Of a stretch of 64,000 nucleotides of DNA, positions 36,076-46,115 are shown in pieces; position 1 is the first letter of the stretch, and each line of letters starts with the position of its first letter. Below the pieces are notes generated by a model. It was not told where the DNA came from and did not search any database. It saw only the letters and a list, made by a program, of their open reading frames with translations. The position numbers and the translations under genes are program-made. Source of the DNA: SAR202 cluster bacterium (GTDB lineage Bacteria > Chloroflexota > Dehalococcoidia > Lucifugimonadales > GCA-2712585); NCBI GenBank assembly GCA_016872285.1, contig VGZZ01000007.1:180-64179 (forward strand). Reading direction: 5' to 3'.

Positions 36076-37902
36076 ATGGCGGTGCAGTCACAGAGCGCAC
36101 CTCCGGCGAATGTGCTGCGTCTTGATGACGTGATGCCGGAGAAGTTTTACGACCATCGCGTAGTCATGCGGCTGATGCGGTATGTGCTGGCGTACAAAGC
36201 CTGGGCGGCGCTGGCGTTTGTGGGGATTGTGGGGAATACGGTGACCAACGTCTTGCAGCCGCTGATCATCGCGTGGGGAATAAACAGCTTCATCGCGCCG
36301 GCGGGGGGCATCGAGTCGGCGTGGGGGAGCATACACCTGGTGGGACTGGCGTTCATGGCCAACGCCGGGGGAAACCTGGTTTTCCATTTCATCCAGGACT
36401 TCGCCATGGCGCGGCTGACGGCGTCGGTGCTGGACGACATTCGAAAGGGGATGTTTTCGCACATCCAGGGGCAGAGCGTGGCGTTCCACGATCGGAACGA
36501 AGTTGGACGGGTCATGTCGAGGGTGCAGAACGACGTGGGGCAGGTGCAGGAGTTCATGGACATGGCCATTATCACGGTGGTGGACATCGCGATACTGGGG
36601 TTCATCGCGGCCACCATGCTGTGGATGGACCTGAGCCTGGGGCTGGTGACGCTGATCACGCCGCCGGTGCTGCTGGCGCTGACGATTGTGTGGAAGAAGT
36701 TCGCCAAAGTGACGTTCCTGAACGTGGCCATCACGCTGTCAAGCCTGAACGACAGCCTGCAAGAGAACATATCGGGCGTGCGGGTCAGCCAGGCGATGAA
36801 CCGTCAGGAGCGGAACAAGCAGGACTTCGAGAAGCTGAATCGAGAGCATCTGGACGCGAGCTTGAAGGCGGCGAGGCTGTCGTCGCTGGTGTCGCCGTCG
36901 GTGGAGATAGCGACGGCGTTTTCGATGGCGCTGGTGCTGGTGGTGGGCGGGCAGAGGGTGCTGGACGGGTCTCTGGAGGTGGGGTTCCTGGTGGCGTTCC
37001 TGCTGTACGTGCAGAGGCTGTTCGACCCGATCAGGACGCTAAGCTGGCAGTTCACGGAGTACCAGTGGGCCATGGCGTCAGGGGCGAGGATCTTCGAGCT
37101 GCTGGACATGCAGCCGGACATGACGGACAAGGCGGACGCTAAGGAACTGGGGGAGATTCGAGGCGATATCAGATTTGAGAACGTGTCCTTTAGCTACACG
37201 CCGGAGTCGGAGGTGCTGAAGGGAATTAATTTGCATATCGAGGCAGGGCAGACGGTGGCGCTGGTGGGGCCGACGGGGGCGGGCAAGACGACGCTGGCGC
37301 TGCTATCGGCGCGGTTTTACGACGTAGGGGCTGGCCGGGTGCTGGTGGACGGGGAGGACGTGCGGGACGTGCGGCGGGCCAGCCTGGCGAGGCAGATGAG
37401 CATTGTTCTGCAAGACCCGTTCTTGTTCTCGGACACGGTGAAGGAGAACATTCGCTATTGCCGTCGAGGGGTGACGGAAGAGGAGATAGTCGAGGCGGCG
37501 AAGGCGGTGGGGGCGCACGATTTCATATCGAGGATGGAGAAGGGGTACGACACGGTGCTTCAGGAGCGGGGCGGGAACCTGAGCATCGGACAGAGGCAGC
37601 TGATAAGCTTCGCGAGGGCGGTGGCGTCGAAGCCGAGGATTCTTATTTTGGACGAGGCGACGGCGAACGTGGACTCAGCGTCGGAGCGGGTGATACAGGA
37701 GGCGCTGAGGGCGGTGCTGAAGGGGAGGACGTCGATAGTCATCGCGCACCGGCTGTCGACGATAACGGGGGCGGACAAGATTGTGGTGGTGGACGGGGGC
37801 CGGATTGTGGAGGAGGGGAGGCACAGGGAGCTGCTGGCGAGGGGAGGGCTGTATGCGAGGCTGTATTCGATGAATTTTGCGGAGGGGGAGACGAAGGTTT
37901 AA
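36076..37902 (+). CDS. ABC transporter permease/ATPase (exporter half, MdlB-like)
   Basis: Start at ATG 36076 ('MAVQSQSAPP..'). Has 'GPTGAGKTT', 'LSIGQRQL' and 'LILDEA'. The upstream 61 codons in the track are repeat-derived. Confidence 0.9.
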   Translation: MAVQSQSAPPANVLRLDDVMPEKFYDHRVVMRLMRYVLAYKAWAALAFVGIVGNTVTNVLQPLIIAWGINSFIAPAGGIESAWGSIHLVGLAFMANAGGNLVFHFIQDFAMARLTASVLDDIRKGMFSHIQGQSVAFHDRNEVGRVMSRVQNDVGQVQEFMDMAIITVVDIAILGFIAATMLWMDLSLGLVTLITPPVLLALTIVWKKFAKVTFLNVAITLSSLNDSLQENISGVRVSQAMNRQERNKQDFEKLNREHLDASLKAARLSSLVSPSVEIATAFSMALVLVVGGQRVLDGSLEVGFLVAFLLYVQRLFDPIRTLSWQFTEYQWAMASGARIFELLDMQPDMTDKADAKELGEIRGDIRFENVSFSYTPESEVLKGINLHIEAGQTVALVGPTGAGKTTLALLSARFYDVGAGRVLVDGEDVRDVRRASLARQMSIVLQDPFLFSDTVKENIRYCRRGVTEEEIVEAAKAVGAHDFISRMEKGYDTVLQERGGNLSIGQRQLISFARAVASKPRILILDEATANVDSASERVIQEALRAVLKGRTSIVIAHRLSTITGADKIVVVDGGRIVEEGRHRELLARGGLYARLYSMNFAEGETKV

Positions 37903-38070
37903 GCAAGGGGTGATACCTACCGCCCACTGAAGTGTGCGACAAAAGCTTCATCGGCATCTATGAATAGCACGCTAGACCTAGCAACTCCTCGTCTTCGTGC
38001 GCGTACTTGACTGGTTATCCCTTGCGTGTGAATATAGGCGGCAAGGCAGCTTGGAGATGGAGGTACGATT

Positions 38071-38487
38071 ATGTTTGGGTCAGACACGAAGGGCGTGTTG
38101 AAGAAGGCGATAAATAACTACAACGAACCAGATAGGCGCAGTGGGTACCTGGATTTCCATGACGAGAAGTGTGTTGCTCATGGCCTTCCGCCCAATATCC
38201 CAGGTAATAAAGAGGGTTTGAAGATGTTCTACAACTCCCTCTGGTCGGCTTTTCCGGACTTTAAGGTCAATGCAGACGACTTGATATCAGAGGGAGACAA
38301 GGTGACGGCCAGATTCACCGCCAACGGGACGCACAAGGGTGAGTTTATGGGTGTGCCGGCCACGGGCAAGAAGGTGAATTTTCCAGTAATTACCACTTTT
38401 AGAATTCAGAAGGGGAAGTGTGTGGAGCGGTGGACGGTGGCGGATGTGATGGGGATGATGAGGCAGATGGGAGCGATTCCCGGCTAG
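38071..38487 (+). CDS. ester cyclase (SnoaL-like polyketide cyclase fold)
   Basis: 138 aa with 'FPDFKVNADDLISEGDKVTARFTANGTHKGEFMGVPATGKKV'. Confidence 0.75.
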   Translation: MFGSDTKGVLKKAINNYNEPDRRSGYLDFHDEKCVAHGLPPNIPGNKEGLKMFYNSLWSAFPDFKVNADDLISEGDKVTARFTANGTHKGEFMGVPATGKKVNFPVITTFRIQKGKCVERWTVADVMGMMRQMGAIPG

Positions 38488-38520
38488 TCTGTACCGAAAG
38501 TCAATTTTTAGGAGTCTAAG

Positions 38521-38706
38521 ATGGCGAATTCGGTTTCAGAGAATAAGGAATTGTGCCGCAAGATGTGGCTGTCGCTGAACAAGGGGAGCATGGCGGAGTG
38601 GAAAGAGTACTGCGCGCCAGGATTTGTGAACCATGATATCTTTGCCGAAACCTTGCTTTTGAAGCAGTTTCCTCGCCTGAACCAGCTCCTCCGTTTGAAC
38701 AAATAG
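38521..38706 (+). pseudogene. ester cyclase N-terminal fragment
   Basis: 'ENKELCRKMWLSLNKGSMAEWKEYCAPGFVNHD' matches only the first third of the family. The rest overlaps the antisense PAS fragment. Confidence 0.5.
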
Positions 38707-38976
38707 GTCCCCCGAGAACATCCCCATCATCTCCGCCCTGTCATAGCCCCACAACTCCGAAGCCGCCGCGTTGGCGTCTATAATTATCCGGTCCGCCGTT
38801 GTGATGATAATGCTGTCCTTAGTGTCCTCAAACAGCGCGCGATATTTTCGCTCGCTCATCTCCAGGCTTCGCGCTTTCTCTTCCATGGCGCGAAGGGCCT
38901 CCTTCACGCCGGACAGTCTGACGGCTGTCCCCTTGCCGTTCTTCCCCGACGCCCTAGCCTTCGATTTTTTATCCAT
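38536..38976 (-). CDS. PAS-domain protein fragment
   Basis: From 'MDKKSKA..': 'SERKYRALFEDTKDSIIITTADRIIIDANAAASELWGYDRAEMMG' is a PAS S-box start. The domain appears incomplete at the C-terminus. Confidence 0.5.
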   Translation of the reverse strand: MDKKSKARASGKNGKGTAVRLSGVKEALRAMEEKARSLEMSERKYRALFEDTKDSIIITTADRIIIDANAAASELWGYDRAEMMGMFSGDLFVQTEELVQARKLLQKQGFGKDIMVHKSWRAVLFPLRHAPLVQRQPHLAAQFLIL

Positions 38977-39351
38977 CGTTGCGCACCTCCTGGCGCCTTC
39001 TCGTCCTGCCGCTCGGCTCCAAGTTCCGCAGGTATTGCGCCCCTTATAGAGAAACCAGGATACTCCAAACCCGACGCTAGATCTTCTACTCATAGCGCCT
39101 CAATCGATGTATAAGTCCTTAGGATTCCCTGGTATTCCCTTTCTACTATAACTCCCGCGCGGATTGCTCCCTTTCGACATTTATTTCGTGCTACATTCTG
39201 AGACAGCCGCATCATTAGGTCAAGAATTACGGCAGGCCTATCAAATAGTATTTCGTCATTAAATCTTATAGCTAAGCCTTTTCCTACTGTGCCGGCATAC
39301 AACTCGGAATCGCGATAAAATACGCTGACCTGAATCATCCCGGGAGACCCC

Positions 39352-39537
39352 ATGCGAAAAGACCTCATCGAAATCCTGGCGTGTCCCGTCTGCCGCGGGA
39401 AGCTGGAACTCCAGGTCCAGGAGGAACGTTCCGCGCGAGTAATAACCGGCACCCTCCGCTGCCCCGCCTGCCGCCACACCTACCCCATCAAAGACGCCAT
39501 CCCCAACCTCCTCCCACCTGCCCTGCGTCAGCCCTGA
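39352..39537 (+). CDS. Trm112 family protein (UPF0434)
   Basis: 61 aa with 'LEILACPVCRGKL...LRCPACRHTYPIKDAIPNLL'. Confidence 0.85.
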   Translation: MRKDLIEILACPVCRGKLELQVQEERSARVITGTLRCPACRHTYPIKDAIPNLLPPALRQP

Positions 39538-40073
39538 CCCCTGCCGGTTATGTCAACTCTCCACGTCTCTGGCGACCCTAATCTTTTCACGCCTTCCCGG
39601 CCTCCCACTCGCTCCAGCATCTCCGCCGCCGTCAGCCCCAACACAGGGTGCTTCACCTCCGGCGCCACCTCCGCCAGCGGCGACAGCACAAATGCCCGCT
39701 CGTGCAGACGGGGGTGCGGCACCGTCAGACTGGGCGTGTCGATGGTCTTCTCTCCATAAAACAGCAAGTCCGCGTCAAACACTCGCGGCCCCCACTTGAA
39801 GCTCGCCTTCCTTCCAACCTCCTTCTCCGCATCCTTCATCTCCTCCAGCAGCCTGAACGCCGAAAGCCCCGTCCTCCCCACCATAACCGCGTTCAAAAAC
39901 TTAGGCTGCTCCTCAAATCCCCACGGCTCCGTCTCGTACACCGACGACACCGCCTCTATCCGCACAAACTTGCCTATGGCCGCCACGCCCCGTCGCAGGT
40001 TCTCCATCCGGTCGCCCAGGTTTGACCCCAGCCCGATGTACACCCTCACCTTGGCCACTTCACTGGCCTCCAT
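39528..40073 (-). CDS. folK: 2-amino-4-hydroxy-6-hydroxymethyldihydropteridine diphosphokinase
   Basis: 'VYIGLGSNLGDR..SSVYETEPWG..FLNAV..PRVFDADLL..VPHPRLHERAFVL'. Confidence 0.9.
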   Translation of the reverse strand: MEASEVAKVRVYIGLGSNLGDRMENLRRGVAAIGKFVRIEAVSSVYETEPWGFEEQPKFLNAVMVGRTGLSAFRLLEEMKDAEKEVGRKASFKWGPRVFDADLLFYGEKTIDTPSLTVPHPRLHERAFVLSPLAEVAPEVKHPVLGLTAAEMLERVGGREGVKRLGSPETWRVDITGRGQG

Positions 40074-40921
40074 CCCCGCGCTATCGCGTCGCTCATACGC
40101 GCCACTCTCACCATCGCCTTCACGTCATGCACTCGCACAATATCCGCCCCGCCCGCAATGGACAGCGCCACCGTGGCCGCCGTGCCCTCCAGCCTCTCCT
40201 GCACCGGCAGGTCCAGCACCAGCCCAATGGTGGACTTTCGCGACGTGCCCACCAGCAGCGGGCAGCCCAGGGATTTGAACTCCGGCAGCCGTCCCAATAT
40301 CTCCAGGTTGTGCTCTGCCTTCTTCCCAAATCCAATCCCAGGGTCGATGATTATGTTATCCGGCGACACCCCGGCGTCCAGCGCTATTTCCACGCTCTCC
40401 CTCAGCGACGCCAGCACGTCCGGCACCAGGTCTCCGTATCGCGTATGCGACTGGTTGTGCATCAGCACCACCGGCGCGCCGGCCTCGGCGGCCACCCCGG
40501 CCATCTTCGAGTCCTTTTTAAAACCCCACACGTCGTTGACCATGGATGCTCCCGCCGCCAGCGCCTGCCTCGCTACGTCGGATTTGTACGTGTCGACGCT
40601 CACCGGCAGCTTCACCTTCGACGCCACCGCCTCCAACGACGGCATCAGCCTCCTTAGCTCCTCCGCCGCCGATACCTCCCTATGCCCCGGCCGCGTCGAC
40701 TCCGCCCCCAGGTCCAGAATATCCGCGCCTGCCTCCTCAAAGGCCAGCGCCTGCTCCACCGCCGCCTCCGGCCTCCCCCCCAGCCCATCCCCTGAAAACG
40801 AGTCCGGCGTCAGGTTAATAATCCCCATCACATACGTGCGCTGGCCCCACACAAACTCCCTTCCCCGGCACACCATAGGCTTGGGCCCTTTATCTGTGGG
40901 CTGATATGCGGAAAACGGCAT
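40046..40921 (-). CDS. folP: dihydropteroate synthase
   Basis: 'VMGIINLTPDSFSGDG', 'DILDLGAESTRPG', 'VNDV', 'DPGIGFGK'. Overlaps folK by 28 nt. Confidence 0.9.
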   Translation of the reverse strand: MPFSAYQPTDKGPKPMVCRGREFVWGQRTYVMGIINLTPDSFSGDGLGGRPEAAVEQALAFEEAGADILDLGAESTRPGHREVSAAEELRRLMPSLEAVASKVKLPVSVDTYKSDVARQALAAGASMVNDVWGFKKDSKMAGVAAEAGAPVVLMHNQSHTRYGDLVPDVLASLRESVEIALDAGVSPDNIIIDPGIGFGKKAEHNLEILGRLPEFKSLGCPLLVGTSRKSTIGLVLDLPVQERLEGTAATVALSIAGGADIVRVHDVKAMVRVARMSDAIARGWRPVKWPR

Positions 40922-41016
40922 AAATTACACCGATATCCAGCCACAAAAATGCCGAGATTGTGAAGCTTTGGTTGACTGACTGAATGCGCTTGAAAGTGTA
41001 GAACTTGTGAAAACAG

Positions 41017-41130
41017 TCCCATCTGGTTCTCCCCCTTCGGCCTGGAAGGCGAAGGGGGAGTTAGAGGGGGTTGTGGTGAATATTATTCTCTTCCCCTTCC
41101 AGCAGGAAGGGGATAAAGGGGATGGTATCC
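41017..41130 (-). repeat. mosaic hairpin repeat, family B (reverse)
   Basis: 'cccatctggttctcccccttcggcctggaaggcgaagggggagttagaggg..ccccttccagcaggaagggg..ggggatggtatcccg'. Confidence 0.85.
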
Positions 41131-41267
41131 CGATTAAGAACAATGATGGCTTCCCGTGCAACGCTTCTTCTCGTCCTCTATTGACCCACTCCCAATATTA
41201 CACCCCCTCCCTTGCTTGCGCTCAAAAGAGTCCCTCTGTTAGCATGTCAAATTTACCAGGAGGCTTC

Positions 41268-42830
41268 ATGGCCACCGAGCCAAAATCAGACCAGCGGCTG
41301 CGTAAGCTGGAACACCTCCGCGCCCAGTCACGACTCGGCGGGGGCCAGGAACGCATCAACCAGCAGCACTCCAAGGGCAAGCTCACCGCCCGCGAGCGCC
41401 TGCATCTCCTCTTCGACCCCGACACCTTCGAGGAACTGGACGCCTTCGTCACCCACCGCGCCACCGACTTCGGCCTCGACAAGAAAAAGACCCCCGGCGA
41501 CGCCGTCGTCACCGGCCATGGCAAGGTTAACGGACGCCTGGTCTTCGCCTTCGCCCAGGACTTCACCGTCCTCGGCGGCTCCGTGTCTGAGACCGTCGGC
41601 AAAAAGATATGCAAAATCATGGACCTGGCCATGAAGACCGGCGCACCCATCATTGGCATCAACGACTCCGGCGGCGCGCGAATCCAGGAAGGCGTCGTCA
41701 GCCTCTCCGCCTACGGCGACATCTTCCTCCGCAACACCCTAGCCTCCGGCGTGGTCCCCCAGATATCCGTCATCGTCGGCCCCAGCGCCGGCGGCGCCGT
41801 CTACTCCCCCGCCATCACCGACTTCGTGTTCATGGTCCAGGGCATCGGCCAGATGTATATAACAGGCCCTGACGTCATCAAGGCCGTCCTGGGCGAGGAA
41901 GTGACCCACCAGGACCTGGGCGGGGCCGCCGCCCACGCCGTCAAAAGCGGCGTCTGCCACTTTGTCTCCGACACCGAAGAAGCGTGCATGCATCAGATTC
42001 GGCGCCTCCTTGACTTCCTCCCCTCCAACAACATGGAGGACCCCCCGCCCCTCGATCTCGCCGACCCTCCCGACCGCACCGACCCCTCCATCAGTGACCT
42101 GGTCCCCAGAGAGACCAACAAGGCCTACGATATCCGCGATGTCATGGCCGGGGTGGTGGACCAAAGCGATCTCATGGAAGTTCACCAGAGCTACGCCCCC
42201 AACATCGTCGTCGCCTTCGCCAGATTGGCCGGACGCACCGTCGGCCTCGTCGGCAACCAGCCCGCACACCTCGCCGGCGTCCTGGACATCGACGCCTCCG
42301 TCAAAGCCGCTAGGTTCGTCCGCTTCTGCGACGCCTTCAACATACCCATCGTCACCTTCGTGGACGTCCCCGGCTTCCTTCCCGGCGTCGACCAGGAGCA
42401 CGGCGGGATTATCAGACACGGCGCCAAGCTCCTCTACGCCTATGCGGAGGCCACGGTCCCCAAGGTCAGCGTTATGCTGCGCAAGGCCTACGGCGGCGCC
42501 TACATAGTCATGGGCAGCAAGCACCTGCGCGGCGACATCAACTTGGCCTGGCCCTCCGCTGAAATCGCCGTCATGGGCCCTGAAGGCGCCGTCAACATTA
42601 TCTTCCGAGAGGAAATCGCCGGCTCCGAGCATCCCGATAAGGCCCGCGCCAAGCTCATCGAAGAGTACCGAGAAAACTTCGCTAACCCCTTCGTCGCCGC
42701 CAGCCACGGCTTCCTGGACGACGTCATTGACCCCGCCGAGACCCGCCCCCGCATCATCAAAGCCTTGGACATGCTCAAAGACAAGCGAGACTCCCTCCCT
42801 CCCAAAAAGCACGGCAACATCCCCTTATAA
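41268..42830 (+). CDS. acyl-CoA carboxylase carboxyltransferase (beta) subunit (propionyl-/methylmalonyl-CoA type)
   Basis: 520 aa from ATG 41268 (AGGAGGCTTC-ATG), with '[20 protein letters not shown]' and '[10 protein letters not shown]'. The upstream 87 codons are repeat sequence. Confidence 0.9.
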   Translation: MATEPKSDQRLRKLEHLRAQSRLGGGQERINQQHSKGKLTARERLHLLFDPDTFEELDAFVTHRATDFGLDKKKTPGDAVVTGHGKVNGRLVFAFAQDFTVLGGSVSETVGKKICKIMDLAMKTGAPIIGINDSGGARIQEGVVSLSAYGDIFLRNTLASGVVPQISVIVGPSAGGAVYSPAITDFVFMVQGIGQMYITGPDVIKAVLGEEVTHQDLGGAAAHAVKSGVCHFVSDTEEACMHQIRRLLDFLPSNNMEDPPPLDLADPPDRTDPSISDLVPRETNKAYDIRDVMAGVVDQSDLMEVHQSYAPNIVVAFARLAGRTVGLVGNQPAHLAGVLDIDASVKAARFVRFCDAFNIPIVTFVDVPGFLPGVDQEHGGIIRHGAKLLYAYAEATVPKVSVMLRKAYGGAYIVMGSKHLRGDINLAWPSAEIAVMGPEGAVNIIFREEIAGSEHPDKARAKLIEEYRENFANPFVAASHGFLDDVIDPAETRPRIIKALDMLKDKRDSLPPKKHGNIPL

Positions 42831-42866
42831 TTCTCCTGTCCGTAGTGGGCGGCAAGGGCAGGGTGT

Positions 42867-43050
42867 GGAGCCTGCCCTGAGTCCGCCTCTGGCGGATCGA
42901 AGGGTAATTTCGGTGAGCTCCGCCACAGCCCGCTTATACAATGCGGAGGCCGTCCGCCGTAGGAGGATCGGCCCTTCAGCCCTGAGCGTAGCCGAATAGG
43001 GAAGTCGAGAAACCTCAGCGTGCCGTCCTCCAGCATTACGCTACATTTGG
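42867..43050. repeat. compound family C-type repeats
   Basis: 'ggagcctgccctgagtccgcctctggcggatcgaagg..' and '..gtcgagaaacctcagcgtgcc..acgctacat', matching 30620, 3181 and 11590(rc). Confidence 0.7.
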
Positions 43051-43291
43051 CTAACTTAAGTGTTTCCTAAAGCGTCGCTAAAGCATAACAAGGCTAGGTA
43101 ACAAACCAAGGCATATCATCCTGAGTGAGCTAATGCTCTAATCGCCGTGACCGCTGCCATCCCCCCTCCCCGCTCATTCCTTACGCTTCCCTTACATCTC
43201 CCTTTCCCACTATCCCTCGCTATATTAATCCGTTGCATCCCTAACCTAAACTGGTAAGCATAGGAGCAAGCCCAGCCAGACTCATACCATT

Positions 43292-44476
43292 ATGCCTAAG
43301 CCATTTCTCTTCAAATTCCCCCTCCTTCTTCTAGCCGTATCTCTTGCCCTATTCCTCGCCGCCTGCGGCTCAGAAAACCCTACCACGCCTTCAAATCTCA
43401 ACGCGACTCCCTCTGTCACCAGGACACCCGCATCTGGTCTCCGCGCCGCTGAACTCACCGGCACTCAAGGCTGGGTCAACTCGGAACCCCTTACCATGGT
43501 GCAGCTTCGCGGCAAAACTGTCCTCATCGACTTCTGGACCTACACCTGCGTCAACTGCATCCGCACCTTCCCTTACCTCAAGACCTGGTGGTCCAAATAT
43601 GCTGACGACGGCCTTGTTATCGTCGGCGTCCACACTCCCGAATTCGCCTTCGAGCACGACCTTGGCAACGTCCGACAGGCCGTCGCCGAGTATGGCATCG
43701 GCTGGCCCGTAGTCCAGGACAACAACTACGACACCTGGGACGCCTACAACAACCAGTACTGGCCCGCCAAGTACCTCATCGACCAGGACGGCGTTATCCG
43801 ATACCAGCACTTCGGCGAGGGCGCTTACGCCGAGACCGAGGACCGCATCCGCGCGCTCCTACAAGAAGCCGGCGCTGACCTCTCAAAAATCCCCGCAGCC
43901 GGCCTGGAAGACCAGGAGCTGGACCACGCCTTCAAAAACACCATCGGCGCCGATATCACCAGCGAGCTCTATGGCGGCCACGAGCGCGGTTGCAGCTTCG
44001 CCTCCTTCTACTCCAATAGCTCCATAGACAGCCCCCTCTATTGCCAGTCTAAGGACAAAGTCGCTACCTACGCTGACCCTGGTCAGCATAAGAACCACAA
44101 GCTCTACCTCCAGGGCCCGTGGCTCGCCGAACCCGAGGCCGTCCGCCACGCCCGCGAGACCCAGAACTTTGAAGACTACTTGGTCCTGCGATTCGCCGCC
44201 AAAAGCGTCAACGTCGTCCTCTCACTTCCGCCTACGGCGGACCAGCCCTTCAAAGTCCACGTCACCCTCAACGGCAAAAACCTAGACCAATTCAACAAAG
44301 GCGCCGACGTGGTCATAGAACCCGATGGCCGCAGCTATCTGGTGGTGGACAAGCCGCGCATGTACCACGTGGTGGAAGCCCCCGAATACGGCACGTATGA
44401 ACTAAAGCTGGCCTCCAACTCTGCCGACTTCGCCGTCTACGCTTTCACCTTCGGGGTCTACGAGAGCGGCATCTAG
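43292..44476 (+). CDS. thioredoxin-fold lipoprotein (DipZ C-terminal-like redoxin)
   Basis: Lipobox 'LFLAAC' and a 'WTYTCVNCIR' CxxC motif, followed by an extra beta-rich C-domain. Confidence 0.75.
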   Translation: MPKPFLFKFPLLLLAVSLALFLAACGSENPTTPSNLNATPSVTRTPASGLRAAELTGTQGWVNSEPLTMVQLRGKTVLIDFWTYTCVNCIRTFPYLKTWWSKYADDGLVIVGVHTPEFAFEHDLGNVRQAVAEYGIGWPVVQDNNYDTWDAYNNQYWPAKYLIDQDGVIRYQHFGEGAYAETEDRIRALLQEAGADLSKIPAAGLEDQELDHAFKNTIGADITSELYGGHERGCSFASFYSNSSIDSPLYCQSKDKVATYADPGQHKNHKLYLQGPWLAEPEAVRHARETQNFEDYLVLRFAAKSVNVVLSLPPTADQPFKVHVTLNGKNLDQFNKGADVVIEPDGRSYLVVDKPRMYHVVEAPEYGTYELKLASNSADFAVYAFTFGVYESGI

Positions 44477-44535
44477 CCCCCATCCCTGCCCTTCATTCTC
44501 AACCTCTCATCTTGTCGACCACGGCTCGCCTAGCC

Positions 44536-44600
44536 AGTCCCCTCAGGTGCCCCCTCTTCCCCTATTGCAAAGGAGAAGAGGGGGATAGGGGGTGATGAGG
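44536..44600 (-). repeat. family B partial copy (reverse)
   Basis: 'cccctcaggtgccccctcttcccctattgcaaaggagaagagggggatagggggtgatgagg'. Confidence 0.8.
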
Positions 44601-44705
44601 GCCTCCGACTAAAACCAAGGCTTACTTCGCAGGGAAACCGCTCGTAGGGCGCCACCTGTCCCCCATCCATGCTAAAATCCCCCCAACTCTCCCTGAGGTG
44701 CCCCC

Positions 44706-45920
44706 ATGCCCAACCTCCCATCAGAAATCAAAGGCCTCAAACTCCTGGGCCACCACACCCTCAACGGCTTCGGCAACGGCGGCGAGGGCCTCGCCATCCA
44801 GACCACCCGCGACGGCCGGCGCCTCATGTACTTCGCCCACGAGTGCGCCCCCAAGGACTTCACCGTCATTGACGTCACCAACCCCCGCAAGCTAAACGTC
44901 GTCGCTCAGACGGACCTCCCCCACGACCGCGTCCGCTCCAACTCCCTGGCCCTCGTCGACGACCTCCTCCTCGTCGCCTACCAGGCCTCCCAGCCGGGCC
45001 TCAAGCCCGCCGGCGTCGGCATCTACGATGTCAGCAAGCCGGAGTCCCCCAAAAAGCTGGCCTTCTATGACACCTCCGGCCCCCACTCCCGCGGCGCCCA
45101 CTGCCTCTGGTTCATCGACGGCAAGTACGCCCACGTCAGCACCGGCGCCCCGGACTTCACCCCCCACAACCAACTCGACGACCAGTTGTATATGATTCTC
45201 GACGTCTCCAACCCATCGAAGCCCCATGAGGTCTCGCGATGGTGGCTCCCCGGCACCCGCGTCGGCGACAAGACCCCTCCCCCTGTACGGCACCTCAAGT
45301 TCGACGCCGGCTTCCGCCTCCATAACGCCAACGTTTACCCTGACCGCCCTGACCGCGCCTACATCGGCTACCTGGACGCCGGCACCATCATCCTGGATAT
45401 ATCAGACCTGGGCCATCCCAAAATGGTCAGCCGCGTCGACCACCATCCGCCCTTCACCGGCTTCACCCACACCGCCCTACCCCTCTTCAAGCGCAACCTC
45501 CTCATCGTCACCGACGAGTCTTGCGCCGACAACGGCAAGGACTGGCCCAAGCTCACCTGGGTGCTGGACATGAGCTACGAGGCCAACCCTGTCCCCATCA
45601 GCACTCTGCCTATCCCGCCCGTGGAGGAGTTCGGCAAACGACCGGGACGCTACGGCGCCCACAACCTCCACGAAAACCAGCCCGTCCCCACCTCATGGCT
45701 CTCCGAGAACATCATTGTCGGCTCCTACTTCAGCGGCGGCGTCCGCATCCACGACATCTCCAACCCCTACCAGCCCAAAGAGGTCGCCTACTTCATCCCC
45801 AATGTTCCAGACAGCCCCAAAGGCTGCCAGATCAACGACGTCTACGTGGACGAGCGCGGCGTCCTCTACGCCATAGACCGATTCAAGGGCGGCATCTACA
45901 CCTTAGAGATGGCCTTCTAG
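44706..45920 (+). CDS. beta-propeller protein, LVIVD-repeat-like
   Basis: 404 aa with recurrent '..L.VIDVSNP..P' strands ('FTVIDVTNPRK','GIYDVSKPESP','YMILDVSNPSKP','IILDISDLGHP','RIHDISNPYQP'). Confidence 0.6.
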   Translation: MPNLPSEIKGLKLLGHHTLNGFGNGGEGLAIQTTRDGRRLMYFAHECAPKDFTVIDVTNPRKLNVVAQTDLPHDRVRSNSLALVDDLLLVAYQASQPGLKPAGVGIYDVSKPESPKKLAFYDTSGPHSRGAHCLWFIDGKYAHVSTGAPDFTPHNQLDDQLYMILDVSNPSKPHEVSRWWLPGTRVGDKTPPPVRHLKFDAGFRLHNANVYPDRPDRAYIGYLDAGTIILDISDLGHPKMVSRVDHHPPFTGFTHTALPLFKRNLLIVTDESCADNGKDWPKLTWVLDMSYEANPVPISTLPIPPVEEFGKRPGRYGAHNLHENQPVPTSWLSENIIVGSYFSGGVRIHDISNPYQPKEVAYFIPNVPDSPKGCQINDVYVDERGVLYAIDRFKGGIYTLEMAF

Positions 45921-45980
45921 GTTTCCCCTGAAAGTGAACGTTGCCAGACAAGGATTCACCACGGTGACAAATAGCGCGCC

Positions 45981-46038
45981 TTGTCATTCTGAGACGAAGT
46001 CGAAGAACCTAATCAACGTGACTGCGACTACGCCACAC
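45981..46038 (-). repeat. family C copy (reverse)
   Basis: 'ttgtcattctgagacgaagtcgaagaacctaatcaacgtgactgcgac', the reverse complement of the 24321-type consensus. Confidence 0.8.
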
Positions 46039-46115
46039 CTATTACTTCCACATCAACTCATGAATGTAGGGGCGAGGTCGCCTCGCCCCCCCCTCTCCTC
46101 TCCCCCCACTAACCC

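Noticed and set aside
39090-39479. 129-aa minus-strand ORF overlapping the Trm112 gene.
   Set aside because: Its upstream half is antisense to the well-conserved Trm112 CDS. The remaining 82-codon part (39090..39338) has no motif or clear RBS. It may be another remnant of the rearranged PAS locus, and I do not call it.
41007-41267. N-terminal extensions of several track ORFs: 41007, 19984..20118, 24917..25078, 30267..30338, 31876..32031, 35893..36075 and 7780..7863.
   Set aside because: The extensions run through family A/B repeats or C-tract leaders. They translate into the recurring repeat pseudo-peptides. Internal ATGs with good Shine-Dalgarno sequences coincide with the conserved family N-termini.
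41739-42812. 357-aa minus-strand ORF opposite the acyl-CoA carboxylase gene. Similar long ORFs occur at 340..1062, 4356..5324, 19234..20022, 29520..30350, 31063..31956, 33858..34526, 47533..48165, 49684..50427, 52700..53452, 53477..54478, 57123..58013, 60467..61399 and 62729..63544.
   Set aside because: These are Gly/Arg/Asp/Val- or Pro/Arg/His-rich low-complexity translations lying exactly antisense to genes with strong family motifs. They are typical high-GC shadow ORFs.
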